Positions 1-59,540 of a DNA stretch of 64,000 nucleotides are shown one piece after another. The notes beneath the pieces were generated by a model. It worked only from the letters and a program-made list of their open reading frames with translations. It had not been told where the DNA came from and searched no databases. Origin of the DNA: Chrysomallon squamiferum (lineage: Eukaryota > Animalia > Mollusca); contig CM022674.1 of the NCBI GenBank assembly GCA_012295275.1, positions 10,974,001 to 11,038,000 of the forward strand. The letters are read 5' to 3'. The translations under genes and the position numbers were made by a program. The first letter of the stretch is position 1. Every line of letters begins with the position of its first letter.

Positions 1-393
1 CATTGTGAAAATTTGTTTTATACATAGTGTGTGGTTTCTTCACCAGTTCATTTTACTGAAAAATGGAGAATTTGAAAGAAATGTTTTTGCTTAAAATTTT
101 TTATTTATTTTTAAATGTTGAGAAAATATCAATACACAGATAATGTTAAACATTAAAAATTTCGCTGTTTTTTAACTCAAAATTTCAACTTTTTTAATCA
201 TCAAAAATCTTTACGTGAAAAATTTGTGTATTTTAACACTGTGAATTATTAGAAATGTTTAATACTGAAAATATTTAAATTTTTTATAATTGCTGTTTAA
301 CACAGAAAATGTTTATATTCTATTATAATAACAAATTTAATAATTTATAATCCATTATTACAAAATTAACATTTGTTTTATTTCAAACGACAG

Positions 394-46103
<45,710 letters not shown>

Positions 46104-48587
46104 AACTTGTCTGTGATCATATTTAATATAGCAATAATATATTTATTATGTAGTAACTAACAATCAAATTTTAAGAACTATTTGGTAATAAATATTTGAA
46201 GTTATTTCAAGGAGCAGAAATATAAATAAAATAACTAAGTAAATAAATAATATAAAAGTAACATCAGTTATAGTCATTTTATCTTTCCTGTGTAGAAACT
46301 TTTCTGTTTTTGATTTGATTATTTATATTGAAATATGCATAAACTGAACACATCTTTAACAATTACATATGTAAACACAGACTAACTCTAAATTTTCATA
46401 CATACAGTTATATTATTTAGATTTCAAATATACTTACATTCATATAAATATATAATACGTTACATGCAGATATTACAGATCTGGCATTCTGTAACTGAAA
46501 TGTTCTGAAAGCCACGATATTTTTCAAGTGTCTTGCATCATGATGGCCTAACTTTCTGATGGTTCAGTGTATACTAACTTTAATGATGGATAAAACCTTT
46601 TAAAATATTGTTTTAAATTTTGAGAGAAAAAAATACTGCATGAAAATATTTTTAGACTTTATGTTATACACGAAAAATATAAAATTCTTAAATTTTGGTC
46701 CATATTCATAAGTATATCATTTACAATGTTCAGCAAGGCATCTGTATGTATGTACTTTTTAGATGCATGCATACACAATACCCAAATATGCACGCACACA
46801 CATACACATTCATGTATGAAATGTTGAAAGTCTTGAATTGCTTCTTGGTTTTTTTTAAATATTGGAATAATAATTTTATTACAATGTCATTATTTTAAAA
46901 ATCTATATATTAATATTCTAATTCAGTATTCATAGACAAGGTAAACTATTTATATTGGGTTTTTTTATTTTGTTTTTTCTACAATTTTATTGTTAATAAA
47001 TTGTGATTCCTGTTGTGTTTACAGACATATTTTTGAACAGACAGCAAAATATTTTTCTATTTATGTAATTTTCTGTAGAATAAACATCTTTAGTTTTGTT
47101 ATTTTGGTTGTTTTTTAGTTTACATACTTTAATATCTTTATTCTATGTGATGTGGACATTAGAGATGTGGTAGTGGGTTTTCTGAGTATGTTTTAATATA
47201 AGTGTATTTCTATTAGGTTTAAGATTATAATGTCATTCACAGCTCAATATAATTGGTTGTTTCCTTTGACAAACAGTTCATGAGGCATTATTTGGATATA
47301 CTACTTTTAAAAAGTATACATATAGTAAAAAAAAATGAATGTACTGACCATAAAGTGATAGAAATATTTGAATATAAAAGAAATACTTGTAAATAAGAAA
47401 TAGAAATAAAGTGACAAAAAAATAAAATAAAATCTGTTAAAGATTAATAAAAATACAAACAATCAGCTGTATTTCACAATGTCATTTATTAGCAGAATTA
47501 CAAAACACCTTTGTATGACATCAAAAGTTTTCCATTGATTCAATTAATTTGATGCTTATTTGTATTTTTATTAGTTTTGCTGTTATATATTTTTTTATTT
47601 TTTGTTTAATAAATTTAATTACAAAACTTCAACTCTGTAAAATATTTTAACGCTTAGAAAGAAAACATTTGTTATTAAAACACTAAGAATTACATCTATT
47701 CTGTTATTAAATAAACTTTTTGAAACTGAAAAAAAACCTTAAATCTTAATGGAAAAAAAAAGAAGTAATTTTAATACTTAGAAACCAGTAAACAATATTA
47801 ACCAATATGCAATATTAACACAATGAATTAATTAAAGCTACAGGTTCTTAACATTTTATTTTTCACCTCCAAATAATCTGAAACTGAGTTAAGTTTTTAA
47901 ATACGATAGAAATATTAAGAATTATACAGTGTAGTTACATCAATTTATACATTATGTAGTCTTTAACATTGGCCTCTATTATAAAGTATAGGAAGGACAC
48001 ACATCAGCCAGCCAAGGTTGAAAATCTTTGATTTAAGCCAGGGCCAATGTAACCTGCTAGACAAACTTCATTAATACTCAGATACCACTATATTTTTAAT
48101 TGAATTACTCTTGTAGGGTATGTGAAGACGTGGTATCTTTAATCCTAGCTAGTAATTAATTTAGATTTATAAATACAAGGCTGAAAATTTTAGAACTAAA
48201 TCATCTGAAAAAGTCAACAGTTTAAATTGTTATATTATTTTACTACAAATGAAACTTATAATCTTAAAAATTAAGTGTGTACAATGAACTGAATGAAATT
48301 GGATCATATTATATGATGTGTTCTTACGAAATATTACAAGAAATTGATACCAATTGATACCAACCATTAAAATGTTTACAACCAACTATCAAAAAAAAAG
48401 AAGAAATAATAATGTTAAGAAATGCATGTCACTTTGTCACCCACTAGAATGTATATTTACAATGATGTTCACATTTACACAGATTTGCACCAATGTTTAA
48501 ACATTTCCTTCTAAATCCTCTCTTCAGCAAATTGTTTTAGTTAAATTCTTTTGTAACAGTGTGTAAGTGATGATAGTATGAGTACGC

Positions 48588-51500
48588 TCAGTCTGTTGTG
48601 GCTTTGCGATACCAGAAGCGAGCTCTGAAGTCATCGCTACACGTGACAAACGCTGGACCGGTTGGCGAGTGGACGATGCTGCGGACAACTCCATTGTGGC
48701 CTGAAACAGAGTTTTAAAATAACAACACTTACTCCATTGTGTCCTGAGAGTTTTAAAATAACAACACTTACTCCATTGTGTCCTGAAAGACAGTTTTAAA
48801 ATAACAACACTTGTTATGTCTTAATTAAGTTTACTTTTATTAAATACAGTAAATTAAGTACAGGTTTTGGTGAAATGAGAAGTGTTACAGCAGATTACTG
48901 TACAGTTGAGACTGTGAAGATAAAACTCACCTAGAGAAAGAAGTTTCTGTCTCTCGGCATTTCTTGAATCCCAGCAACACAAACTTGTAGTCTTCTCATC
49001 AGGAAACAAAACTGAACAAAATAATAAATAAATAAATAAAAAAATAAATAAATAAATGGTTTTTTTCAGTGGTGTTATAGGTAAAAAAATGTTGTTAGTC
49101 TGTAAATATCACCTGCTTTTTATTGGTATCATGCTAAGTGAAATGCCAGTTTCTATTTAAAGTTTAGAAAAATGAATACCGAATATACTTGTGTACAAGG
49201 CGACCTTATGTATAATTCGATGTGTATTTTAACACCAAAAATTGCGTCATTTTAGGTATTATTTGTGTTTAAGTCGACTGTAGATTCCAGGCACTGTCAC
49301 TATTTTTAGACCAGTGTGACAGTGCCATGAAGGCCTACATTGTACGCCTACTGTAACATAACTTGCACGAGCTGTAACTTGCATGAACATACCATAATAA
49401 CGTAAATGCATGTATTACACGAGCTATAGCCTAAATCATTGCAAGACGCCGTAAGGCATAACGCTATACTGACGGTTTTCTTGCTTTAAAATGTATTTTT
49501 ATGTCATTAAACGGAAGAATATCATGTTTTACATTCATATTTGGTTTTGTTATTTAATTTTTCAAAAAATTTTATATGATAAAATTATATTTTTGAAAAG
49601 CTGAAAGACCGCGATTATTTTAGATGCATCCCGTAGCAAAAAATAGTCAAAATGGCGAATCTTCAGCAACAGCTACAAAAGCATTACCTATGTATAAGTC
49701 TACCCCCAAAATATTACCTTAATGTAGTCTCACAAAAATTCGACTTATACACAAGTATATACGGTATTTAATGTTGAATGGCAACTGCAGCTCGGCATAG
49801 CCTCATTGCAGAACAACATTCTCATCTTTGCAGGATAAAACTGATATCTTAATGCAGTAACCAGTTATTTCTTATTTCTAAATTATTTTTAATGAGATTG
49901 GGTTTAATCAGATAATTTAAGATTAAAATTTTATTTTTATTTAGTTAGATTGTTAAAATACAAAATAATTTGATTCTAACCGTAGTCCTCAGTGTGGTTG
50001 AAAGCAGCGCGAGACTTGTGCTCCTGTTTTCCTGTGGCTCCTGCTCCTGTGTACACAATCAGACAGCGATTTGTTGTCAGCTCCCAGAGTCGAACCAGCG
50101 AGTCCTTCCCACTCGACAGAATATACTAAACAGAAGTTTAATTTAGTTGAAGTGAAAACTTCACTGCTTTTAAAAAGAATGTGCATTCATGCATGTTTGT
50201 TGTGTCTATGTATATCTGTGGCAACAAAGATACAGACATACATGTACATTATATCCTTTTAGAAAATGATTTTATAGATCTTCCATATCACAATTTATTG
50301 AATGATAAATTATATTCTGAAGCTGATGTTAAAATAATAAGCTGTATTCTTTCATCAAAAATGTAATTAAAAATATAAAGTACAATTTATAACTGTAGTC
50401 TTATTGGTTTCTTATTCTTCTTAGAGTAATAGAAAAAGGCTAATTTTTCAAAAACTATTATTGGGATGGTTATCAGAATACAAACACCCACAAACAATGC
50501 TGTATTAGACAGTTTGTTTTTTGTGTAAGTAATCAGCATTTAACTATAAATAGCAATAATATATAATTAAAAAACATTTTGATCAACCTTTGAGTTTCTG
50601 GAGAAGACGGCAGAGCAGACTTCCTCACCATTGTGGGCGTCCGGCAACGTCGTGATACACTTCTGACTGACTCCGTCCCAGATCTTCATAGCACCGTCAC
50701 GAGAACATGTCACAAACAGCTTCGCATTGGGACTCCAGTTAACCTGAAAACAGTGCTTAATGTCAGAGTTTTCCAGTTCCAACCACTTCAATGAAAGGAA
50801 TATTAATAAGCAGAGATGGGTGTCTCTCTGTTTATTTGCAAATATTTACAAATTTTAAATCTTATTTAATGTTTTGATATTAATAATTACACAAGACATA
50901 TTTAAACAATGATCAGAGATGTTTATAAAGTTTTAACTTACGTCAGTGAGAGGTCCTTTGTGTTGGTGATGTGGATCACTGGACACAAAACACTGGAAAG
51001 TGTTCACATCATACAGACGTACTGAAAACAGTTTTTTAATAATACTTAGATGTGCAGGCTACTGTTAAACACTGCATTAAACATGTGTTTTATATTAATG
51101 CATATATTTGAAAACGCACACACACACACACTCACACACAAAATGACAAGAACATTCAAAGATTCAAAATGTATTCACACAGACACAACCAGATATGCAC
51201 ACAAATACAAATATGTAAAGAAATGTTAAGTTATATATTTATAAATATTGTTCTTTACTTTAATACTAACAAGGCTGTTGGTACTAATATCCAAGTTCTA
51301 GGAAAAATGTAATCATTTAGTATTTATTTGTCATTATTATATTTAACCAAGGTATTATATTAATGTTAGATATTTAAATTACATATTCATGATATTGCAT
51401 TTATGATTACTACTACTACTAACACAACCATCTTCATCATCATAATCATTATTATTAATATCACATGTTGATGTTCAGTTCTAGACAGAATGGAATCCAT

Positions 51501-51640
51501 TATTACTGTTGTTATTATTATTGTTGTTGTTGTTGTTGTTGAATATGTTAAAAATTAACAGATTATTACATGTTGGATGTTCACTTCCAGTGAGGATGTA
51601 ATCTATTATTTTTATTATTGTTGTTATTATAGTTATTTTT

Positions 51641-51689
<49 letters not shown>

Positions 51690-54600
51690 AGATGTTAAGA
51701 ATGAACAGATTATTACATGTTGGATGTTCTGTTCCAGTGAGGATGTAGTCTCCTCCAGGATGAAATGACAGACAGGTCACCTGAGCTGCCTCCTACAACA
51801 AAACAGTAAAACAATTAAATATTACATCTGTCTCTGTATTACCTGTTTAGTTAATTCAAAATCATAAAAGAAAATGCACTGGAAATTAAATACATGTTGT
51901 TTTAAGACAATTTCAAATGATAACAAAATGTTTTATAAAATACCAGTTTTCAAAATAATTTCAGTGACAGGCCATTTAAATGGTGATAATAATAATAATA
52001 ATAATAACAAAATAAATAATAATAATAATAATAAAGATTTTTTATGGTAAATATATCTTGATTATTTGTTACCATTAAGATGTTATTTTTTTTTTATAAA
52101 AGATTAATTTCATCATAAAAAAAATAATTTTATAAATTAAAGAGTTTGGCATATTTTATCAATATCTTCATAAAAAGATACATACCTGTACAGCCATGTG
52201 CTATAATTACTATTATTATTATTATAACAACTTTATCTTTATTATCATTATTATGCATTATTGATATGGTCAGTGTTAAAACAATTGTTATTAAACATAT
52301 TGATGTTGTTGTTATTATGAATGATGTGGACAGTGTTGATGTTGTTGCTATTACTGTTACTACTGACATACTATATGAGGAAAATATTTGAGACTTACCT
52401 GAATACTCTTGTAAGCCTTTTTAACAGAAGGTTTTGAGTATTCAAAGAATCTCACACTGTAGTCACTGCCCCCAGACACAAGTATCTGATGAAATGGGTG
52501 GAAGTCGAGACAAGTCACTTCCTGAAAACATCAAGTTTTACACTGGTCAGTTCTATTAACAAATACTTGCACAAAAACTCCTCTGATTTAACTCACATTC
52601 AGATGAGATAGTGGAAATTGTTACTCTTTTTCAAAAAGACAATAAAACATTTTTATCAGTCAGTTATTTCAATTTTATTATATTAAATGTTGTTATAAAT
52701 ATTTGAAGAAAGAAAAAAAAGAACACCCCAAAACCCTCAGTACTGATTAACCTCACAAACCCTCAAGATTGGATTGTTTATTATTATTACTTTTTTCTTC
52801 AGAAGTCACATATTTACTCTTTTTTTATAAACACACAATTAAACAATCAGTGATTTCATTTCATTTATAATAAAGGTTATCAATATTTACGAGTTTTATC
52901 ACTAGTTTGTTTTATAATATTAACTCACATATTACTGAGCTAAATAAAAAGTTTTAACAAGAAGTTATATATATTTACTTTATTTCACAATTAATATTAA
53001 AAATACACATTTTATCACTTACATTTGTAATTTTGATTTTATTCTCTTAAATACTGTCATCAATATTTACAAAAACTACTAGTTATATTTCTCAAATCAT
53101 TGAACTAAATATACTTTTTACTGAATTTAACACAAAATAAAATATATTCTATCAGTGATTGATTTCAATTTTACTATATTAAATATTGTTATGAAAAATT
53201 AGCAGAAAAACCATTTTAATTTAACTTACATATAACCTTTGAAAGTTCTGAAACTGAACTAAATGACTTTTTTTTTTTAATCAAATGTGATATATAGTTA
53301 CTTTATATCACACCTATTTAAAAAATACACACTTTGTTTTGTACATTAGTTTTAATTTTATTTCACTAATATTGTCATCAGTATTTACAGAAAAAGACTA
53401 TTATTCTAACTCATCAATAACTGAACTAATTAAAAATGTTAGGGTTAAAAGTGAATATATTTATTTTATTTCACCAGAAATTAAATAATATTTTTTGTAA
53501 ACTGTTAGTGATGATTTCAGTTTTGTAATTAAATGTTGTTATAATTATATTCAGAAAAACAGAACTATTTTAAGTTACATCATCATTTTACTGAAACTAG
53601 AGCCAATTAACTTTTTTTAATGTGATATATATTTAATTTCACACCCAATAACTCATGTGTTTTTTCCACAAGATTTCATCATCTCATCATTTAGTATAAT
53701 ACACTATTAATTTATACAGTTAAGATAACACCGCAAACTGTCAGCCTATGACAAAATAATTTAACTAGCATATTTACACTTGTGAACATCATTAAAAAAT
53801 GGACTGGAATGATGATAAAATAATCTAGATAATAAAATTAAAAGTTTTTTCAGTTTACTTACCCCGACGTGGTCGTACAGAGTTCGAATCACTGGATGAT
53901 TTTCCATTTGCTGCTGTGGTGTTTCCATGGCAATTATCTCAGCAGGGGTTGCACTTTTAGCTAACATTCTTTCCACATCAAGAATCTGAAGAAATAATAA
54001 TTCCAAACATTTAATACATTTTTAAAAGAACTGTAATATTTATTACAGAATTTAAAAAAAATATTTCTAATTGAAGAAAAAAACAATAAATAAAGAAATT
54101 AAAATGTTTTTATCTTGTTTAATGTAACTTAACCAGTACTGTAAACATTTAAATGAAACAATCACATATACTGAATATAATAATTATCTTTATTATATCA
54201 AGTTCCAATTTGTCTATCAGTGTAAAAAAAATGGTGCCATATTTTAGTGAAGACAGGCAGATGAAAATAAAACTGATGTTTTAATTACTTTTATCAGTTT
54301 TAAGAACACAGGTACACAGGTCTAGCATTAAGTATTGACAGACAGACTGATGGAAATGTGATTTAGTTACCTTGATGGAAGCATCTTCTGAACCTGTTGC
54401 AATCAGCTGGCCTGTAATATATAAAATATCAATTTGTTACTTTGGTATTATATTTTATCATTTTACATTTGTTTAAGTGTTTTTCATTTAACAATCATCT
54501 TTTTACTCTCAAATTAATTTCTTTGTTTGCTTTTTTTTAAACATCATATTAAAAACAACAACAACAACAACAACAACAAAAAAGGTTATGATAGAAGTTG

Positions 54601-55563
54601 ACTATAGATCATATAAACCTGAAGAAGTAATATATATCATAATGTAAAATGTATCTTTAATACCTAAACAGTTCAATGTTCCACCTCAAACTACATATAG
54701 AATTAATAAATATAAAATAATTGTATAAGGTGTGTATATACACACATACAAACCCACAGATTTACATATATCCAGTATTACAGATATATTAAAATTTTAA
54801 ATATATCCAGTAAATTAGCTTTCAGATATACATTAAAAATTTTAAAAAAGACAAACAATGGAATGAAATATTTTTTATATGTAAAAATATAAACTTTACC
54901 ACTAGGATGGAATGATAATAATGTATATTACTGATGTAAAAATTTAAACTTTACCACTAGGATGGAATGATAATAATGTATATTACTGATGTAAAAATAT
55001 AAACTTTACCACTAGGATGGAATGATAATAATGTAAAAAAATATAAACTTTACCACTAGGATGATGTAAAAATTTAAAAAATACTTTACCACTAGGATGA
55101 AATGATAATAATGTATATTACTGATGTAAAAATATAAACTTTACCACTAGGATGGAATGATAATAATGTATATTACTGATGTAAAAAATATAAACTTTAC
55201 CACTAGGATGGAATGATAATAATGTATATTACTGATGTAAAAATATAAACTTTACCACTAGGATGGAATGATGCTGCTCGACAAGGTCCTTTATGAGCAG
55301 TGACGTAACATGTCTCATACAGTGCAGCTTCTGCAGATATTGTCTGAACTGGAAAAAATATTTGTTTAAATTCATTGTAACACAGTAAAATAATTAGTAA
55401 AAAATTGATAAAATGTAATAAATAAATAAATAAAATATCGAAAAAAATATAATAACAATAATAAATATATAAAAGTAAAAATAAAAAATTAAGGTAAGTA
55501 TTAATAGTAACAACAACAGTGATTGTAGTAATAGCTGTAGAAGTAATAATAGTCATAATAACT

Positions 55564-55626
<63 letters not shown>

Positions 55627-58110
55627 GTTACAATAGTAACAACGAGGCGACCATAATAAATATCAATAACTGTTAAGCAAGAATAAATACAATAGCAATA
55701 ATAGTAATAAGTTATTATAACTAATAATAATAATAAATAGTTATAAAAAAACATCAAAACAACAATACTGACAACTACTGATTAACAATAAAAATAGTAA
55801 CTACTACAACAACAATAATATTGATTATGACAACAGGAATGAAATGTCTACATGTACATTTATACCCTTCCAAGTAATTTGTTTTTGTTTCTTTTTTTAC
55901 TGTTTATCTTTCAACCCTTTGATTACTTTTTTAATTTTTTTTCTTTTTAACATTAGGTCAGTCTTTGCTCATAATAAAGTTTGTAGCTACTAATGGAAGC
56001 TGTTGTAATTTAATTTTGAATTGTATACAAGTTTGTTACATATATATATATACATGAAAAAGAATATAAAACTAACATCAAGAAAATGAAAAGCTCATAG
56101 GAAATCATAAAATAGTTTGTACATTTGCATCCTGTGAAGTACTTTTTAAATGTTTAAATGGAGAAGGAAAGGAATAATTTTATTTTACTGGAACCTGATC
56201 TTTGCTTATAATAAAGTATTTAACCACTTACAGAGGCAGATTTATTATTTTTTTTTTATTTTATTTTATTTACTGCTGATATTACTACATATTATATAGA
56301 AGTGTAGAATAATATAAAACCATTTCAAGTAATATTCAGAAAATACATATTGGAAATATGTTAGATGCATTAGGTTATGTCTTTGGGTTGTATTACATGC
56401 ATACTATATACAGTTAAAAGAAGAATAAAATTTGATAAAATTACCCTCTGTTTCATACTCAAGATCAATGCCAGATCCAGGTGTGACTACCTCAGCATTC
56501 AGCTGTCTGCTTTCCAAGCTGTCTAAAAAATAAAATAATAAAATAATCTTTAAAAGTTTATATTTTATTTCTTGTTCCTCTTCATTTTGACATAAGAAAT
56601 CAAAATAATTTATGTCATAGTTTGCATCATTTCTGCAGGCTTGTTTAAAGGTTTGTTGATTATTAATGTGATTAAAAAGGACAAGACTGACTGGTATGAA
56701 AAAGTGTGATGTTCTATTAGTTAACATGAAGATGATAAATCTGATAAATATAAAAGCTTTTAATGATAAAAAAAATTAAAATATATATATATATCAGTAA
56801 TCAACCCATATCATATTTATCATTAAAAGCTTTTATATATATATATATATATAAATATGAAAGTATCTGATGATGAATAAATATGAAAAAGGGTTGATGA
56901 TTGATAAGTAATGGATCAAACATAAATTAATATGAAAAGGATGATAGAAAAATAAGGGGTTGATAGTATGAAAAAGGTTTGATGATAGAAAAATAAGGGG
57001 TTGATAGTATGAAAAAGGTTTGATGATAGAAAAATAAGGGGTTGATAGTATGAAAAAGGTTTGATGATAGAAAAATATGAAAGGGGAAGATGATTTATAA
57101 ATTCAAAAAAGCCTTGAAGAGGGATTAATATAAAAAAAATAATAATCTGATGATGGATTAAAAATTAAAAAATTAAAATAATGATGCCAATAAATTTAAC
57201 TCAGTAATAAAAAGGAGCCTATTTTCTGAAAATAGAAAATGTTTGTTACTTTAAAAGACTCGATACTGACCCTCCTCGCACTTGATTCCGAGTTTGACAA
57301 TCTGTAGTAGTCTGTCTGACGGAGGGCAGGCAGGTGCCGGGTGGTGAGGTCGTAACACTTTCTGACAGGTCACAGCAAGTTCAGTGTGCCCATCATAGAT
57401 TAACTGACTATAAGTAAATAAATATATATATACACACATAAAATTAATAATAGGTAATAAAATAATAAAATATGAAAACAAGTAATTAAATAAATAACTA
57501 AAATTATAAACAAAATACTCAGACAAATAAAATAAATAAATATATAACTAAAAACTAAATAAAGGTACAAATATTTCTTTAGAATCAAAGGTATAAAAAA
57601 CTGTATGTATATTTTTATAATTTAAAATCTTTTTATTGTTGATATTTATATTTTTTCATACCATGGACTATTTTTTTAAACAACTATTTTCAAACATTTC
57701 GACTGATAATGATTTTTTTTATTGTTTATATTTATGTATAACACCGTAACACTAACAGTATTATGAGTATATCCAAACTTTTAAGTCTATTTTAAGTTAT
57801 GAATAAAGTTTAAAGAAATATATTCTTTGTTTAAATAATGAGAATGTAAATGAAAAGAAAAGATTAAACATCATTTGAAATATTTAAATATAATTATGAT
57901 CAATATCTTCAATTTAACTAATTTATTAATTCACTCTTTATTATCGATGATCGTAAAATTAAAAGTTCCAACTCCAGACCTGAAGAAACGATGGAACAAA
58001 AACATTGATTGATTACTTCTTATTATATAGTCAAACTATAAACAGAAATACCTAACAATTAATCTGTATAGCATATCCCTCTGTTTAACCTCCAAGTCTC
58101 CTATCTTCAT
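48588..58110 (-). CDS. CSTF1: Cleavage stimulation factor subunit 1 (CstF-50), WD40 protein, complete, 13 coding exons
   Basis: Exons (- strand): 58110-58052, 57407-57271, 56522-56445, 55348-55256, 54411-54371, 53985-53863, 52521-52399, 51792-51717, 51021-50942, 50743-50588, 50125-49981, 49011-48931, 48700-48588 (TGA). Diagnostic peptides: [105 protein letters not shown]. Confidence 0.96.
48689..48812 (-). repeat. 39-43-bp triplication of the CSTF1 last-exon acceptor junction
   Basis: CTCCATTGTG(G/T)CCTG...AGTTTTAAAATAACAACACTT occurs three times on the + strand. Confidence 0.88.
49179..49764. mobile_element. Non-autonomous Tc1/mariner-superfamily (Tc2/pogo-like) MITE in CSTF1 intron 11
   Basis: Left TIR CCGAATATACTTGTGTACAAGGCGA versus reverse complement of the right end CCGTATATACTTGTGTATAAGTCGA (22/25 match). 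TA flanks both ends (49177-49178, 49765-49766). 586 bp with no long ORF. Confidence 0.85.
51530..51750 (-). repeat. 147-bp-period duplication of the CSTF1 exon 8 donor junction
   Basis: ACAGATTATTACATGTTGGATGTTC..TTCCAGTGAGGATGTA.TC at ~51558 and ~51705, translating DYILTG(T/S)EHPT twice. Confidence 0.88.
52570..53660. repeat. Highly decayed ~160-180-bp tandem repeat in CSTF1 intron 6
   Basis: Recurring motifs ACTCACAT..CTGAACTAAAT and TCAGT..ATTTCAATTTT..ATTAAAT.TTGTTAT at roughly regular spacing. Confidence 0.5.
54880..55272 (-). repeat. ~55-bp minisatellite (8 copies) spanning the CSTF1 exon 4 donor junction
   Basis: Minus-strand unit TCATTCCATCCTAGTG|GTAAAGTTTATATTTTTACATCAGTAATATACATTATTA. 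Confidence 0.92.
56940..57075. repeat. 41-bp tandem repeat (3 copies) in CSTF1 intron 2
   Basis: GATGATAGAAAAATAAGGGGTTGATAGTATGAAAAAGGTTT repeated three times. Confidence 0.85.
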
Positions 58111-58638
58111 GGTGGATTTATATAGTTTTCAAATACTGTATTAGTGTATAAGAAACTGACAACAAAATCCACTCCTGCTCTTAACAGAGGATTTTTTAAG
58201 ATTAAAATTGAGGACTTAATTACGAATTCTGACTAGAATAATAATTCAAGTAGTACAGTATCTTTGCAGATTTTCACATGAATTATTGCTCTGTCGTTAA
58301 TGCATATGATTTGATAATTCTCTGTAAAATTGGATGTGATCTAAAAACATTCAAACTTTACACCACTATATAACATTCTAGCGGGAAACAGTATTATTTC
58401 AGGCTTTACTATTCTGAATCCGGTCCTATCCGTATTAGTCCGAATATGACAGTCTGCTCGTAAACAAGAAAGATAACTCCATTGACATTATCATTACTTG
58501 AAAACACTTCCGTATTTTGGATGTAATTTTTATTTTATTTTTAGTGTTATAGTTCCATTGACATTAACTTTGAACTATTGGATAATCATTTTTTAAAGAG
58601 TTTGACAGCATCATCTAAATACCGTTAATAGATTCAAT
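58111..58638. promoter_or_regulatory. Probable bidirectional promoter between CSTF1 and the divergent gene
   Basis: About 530 bp between head-to-head start codons, with more CpGs than the surroundings. E2F-like GCGGGAAA at 58381 and ETS-like ACTTCCG at 58506. Confidence 0.6.
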
Positions 58639-59467
58639 ATGAACGGCTCTTCTGGAAACGAAACTGAATCTTCTGAGAATGAAACGTCTAAGAGTAAGTC
58701 AAATTTGAAGCTAACTATATCGAAGCCTGTTCGTATAGCAAAAACTATTCCGAGCACTGTTTCACTGGCTGAAACTGAATCAATGCATTCAGTAGCAACT
58801 GTGGATTGCAAGATGTCTCAATCGCGAACAGCAACGCCGCCAACGCCTCCAACGCCGCCAACACCGACAACACCAACAACTCCAACCAAACGTGCTGATA
58901 GATACAGGTATTGTTTTCACTGAATAAAGTGTAGTAAATTTCTTTGTAATTGTTTTAAAAATTATTATTTAATATGTAATAAATATAAACGGTATCATCC
59001 AAAACTAGTTTCAACCAGTTAAATTAGGTATCAAAAATACACGAAAATAGGCTACTTATAGTATATGTTAGATTACATATTTTTTTCGGGGGGGGGCTTT
59101 AATTTAATTTAATTTTGTATTATTATTATTACTGTCTTTTGACAGCATGTAAAATGATTTTATGCCCTTTCTTTGAATTAAATGGATTGCAGATTATGTT
59201 TCCATTCTCATTCAATTGCTATTTTCACTTTTTTATAAAGTAATAAATTTGTAAAAAACCTTCATGTTAAATATTTAAATGCAGATCTTTATGTAACCTT
59301 ATAACTTTTTTGCTGATGTCGGCAATTCATGTTTTAAAAATGAATAAACCCCCTATTATGTGTGTTCATTTTCTGCTACATTATAAGAATAACATAACAA
59401 ATAATTAATTATAATTAATTTAGATTACTGATATGTTGTATTAATAGATTATAATTTATACACATTT

Positions 59468-59540
<73 letters not shown>

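Noticed and set aside
47960-48140. Short inverted repeats (ACATTGGCC/GGCCAATGT; GATACCAC/GTGGTATC) as a structured RNA or MITE
   Set aside because: The arms are only 8-9 bp, with no TSD or recognisable RNA family features.
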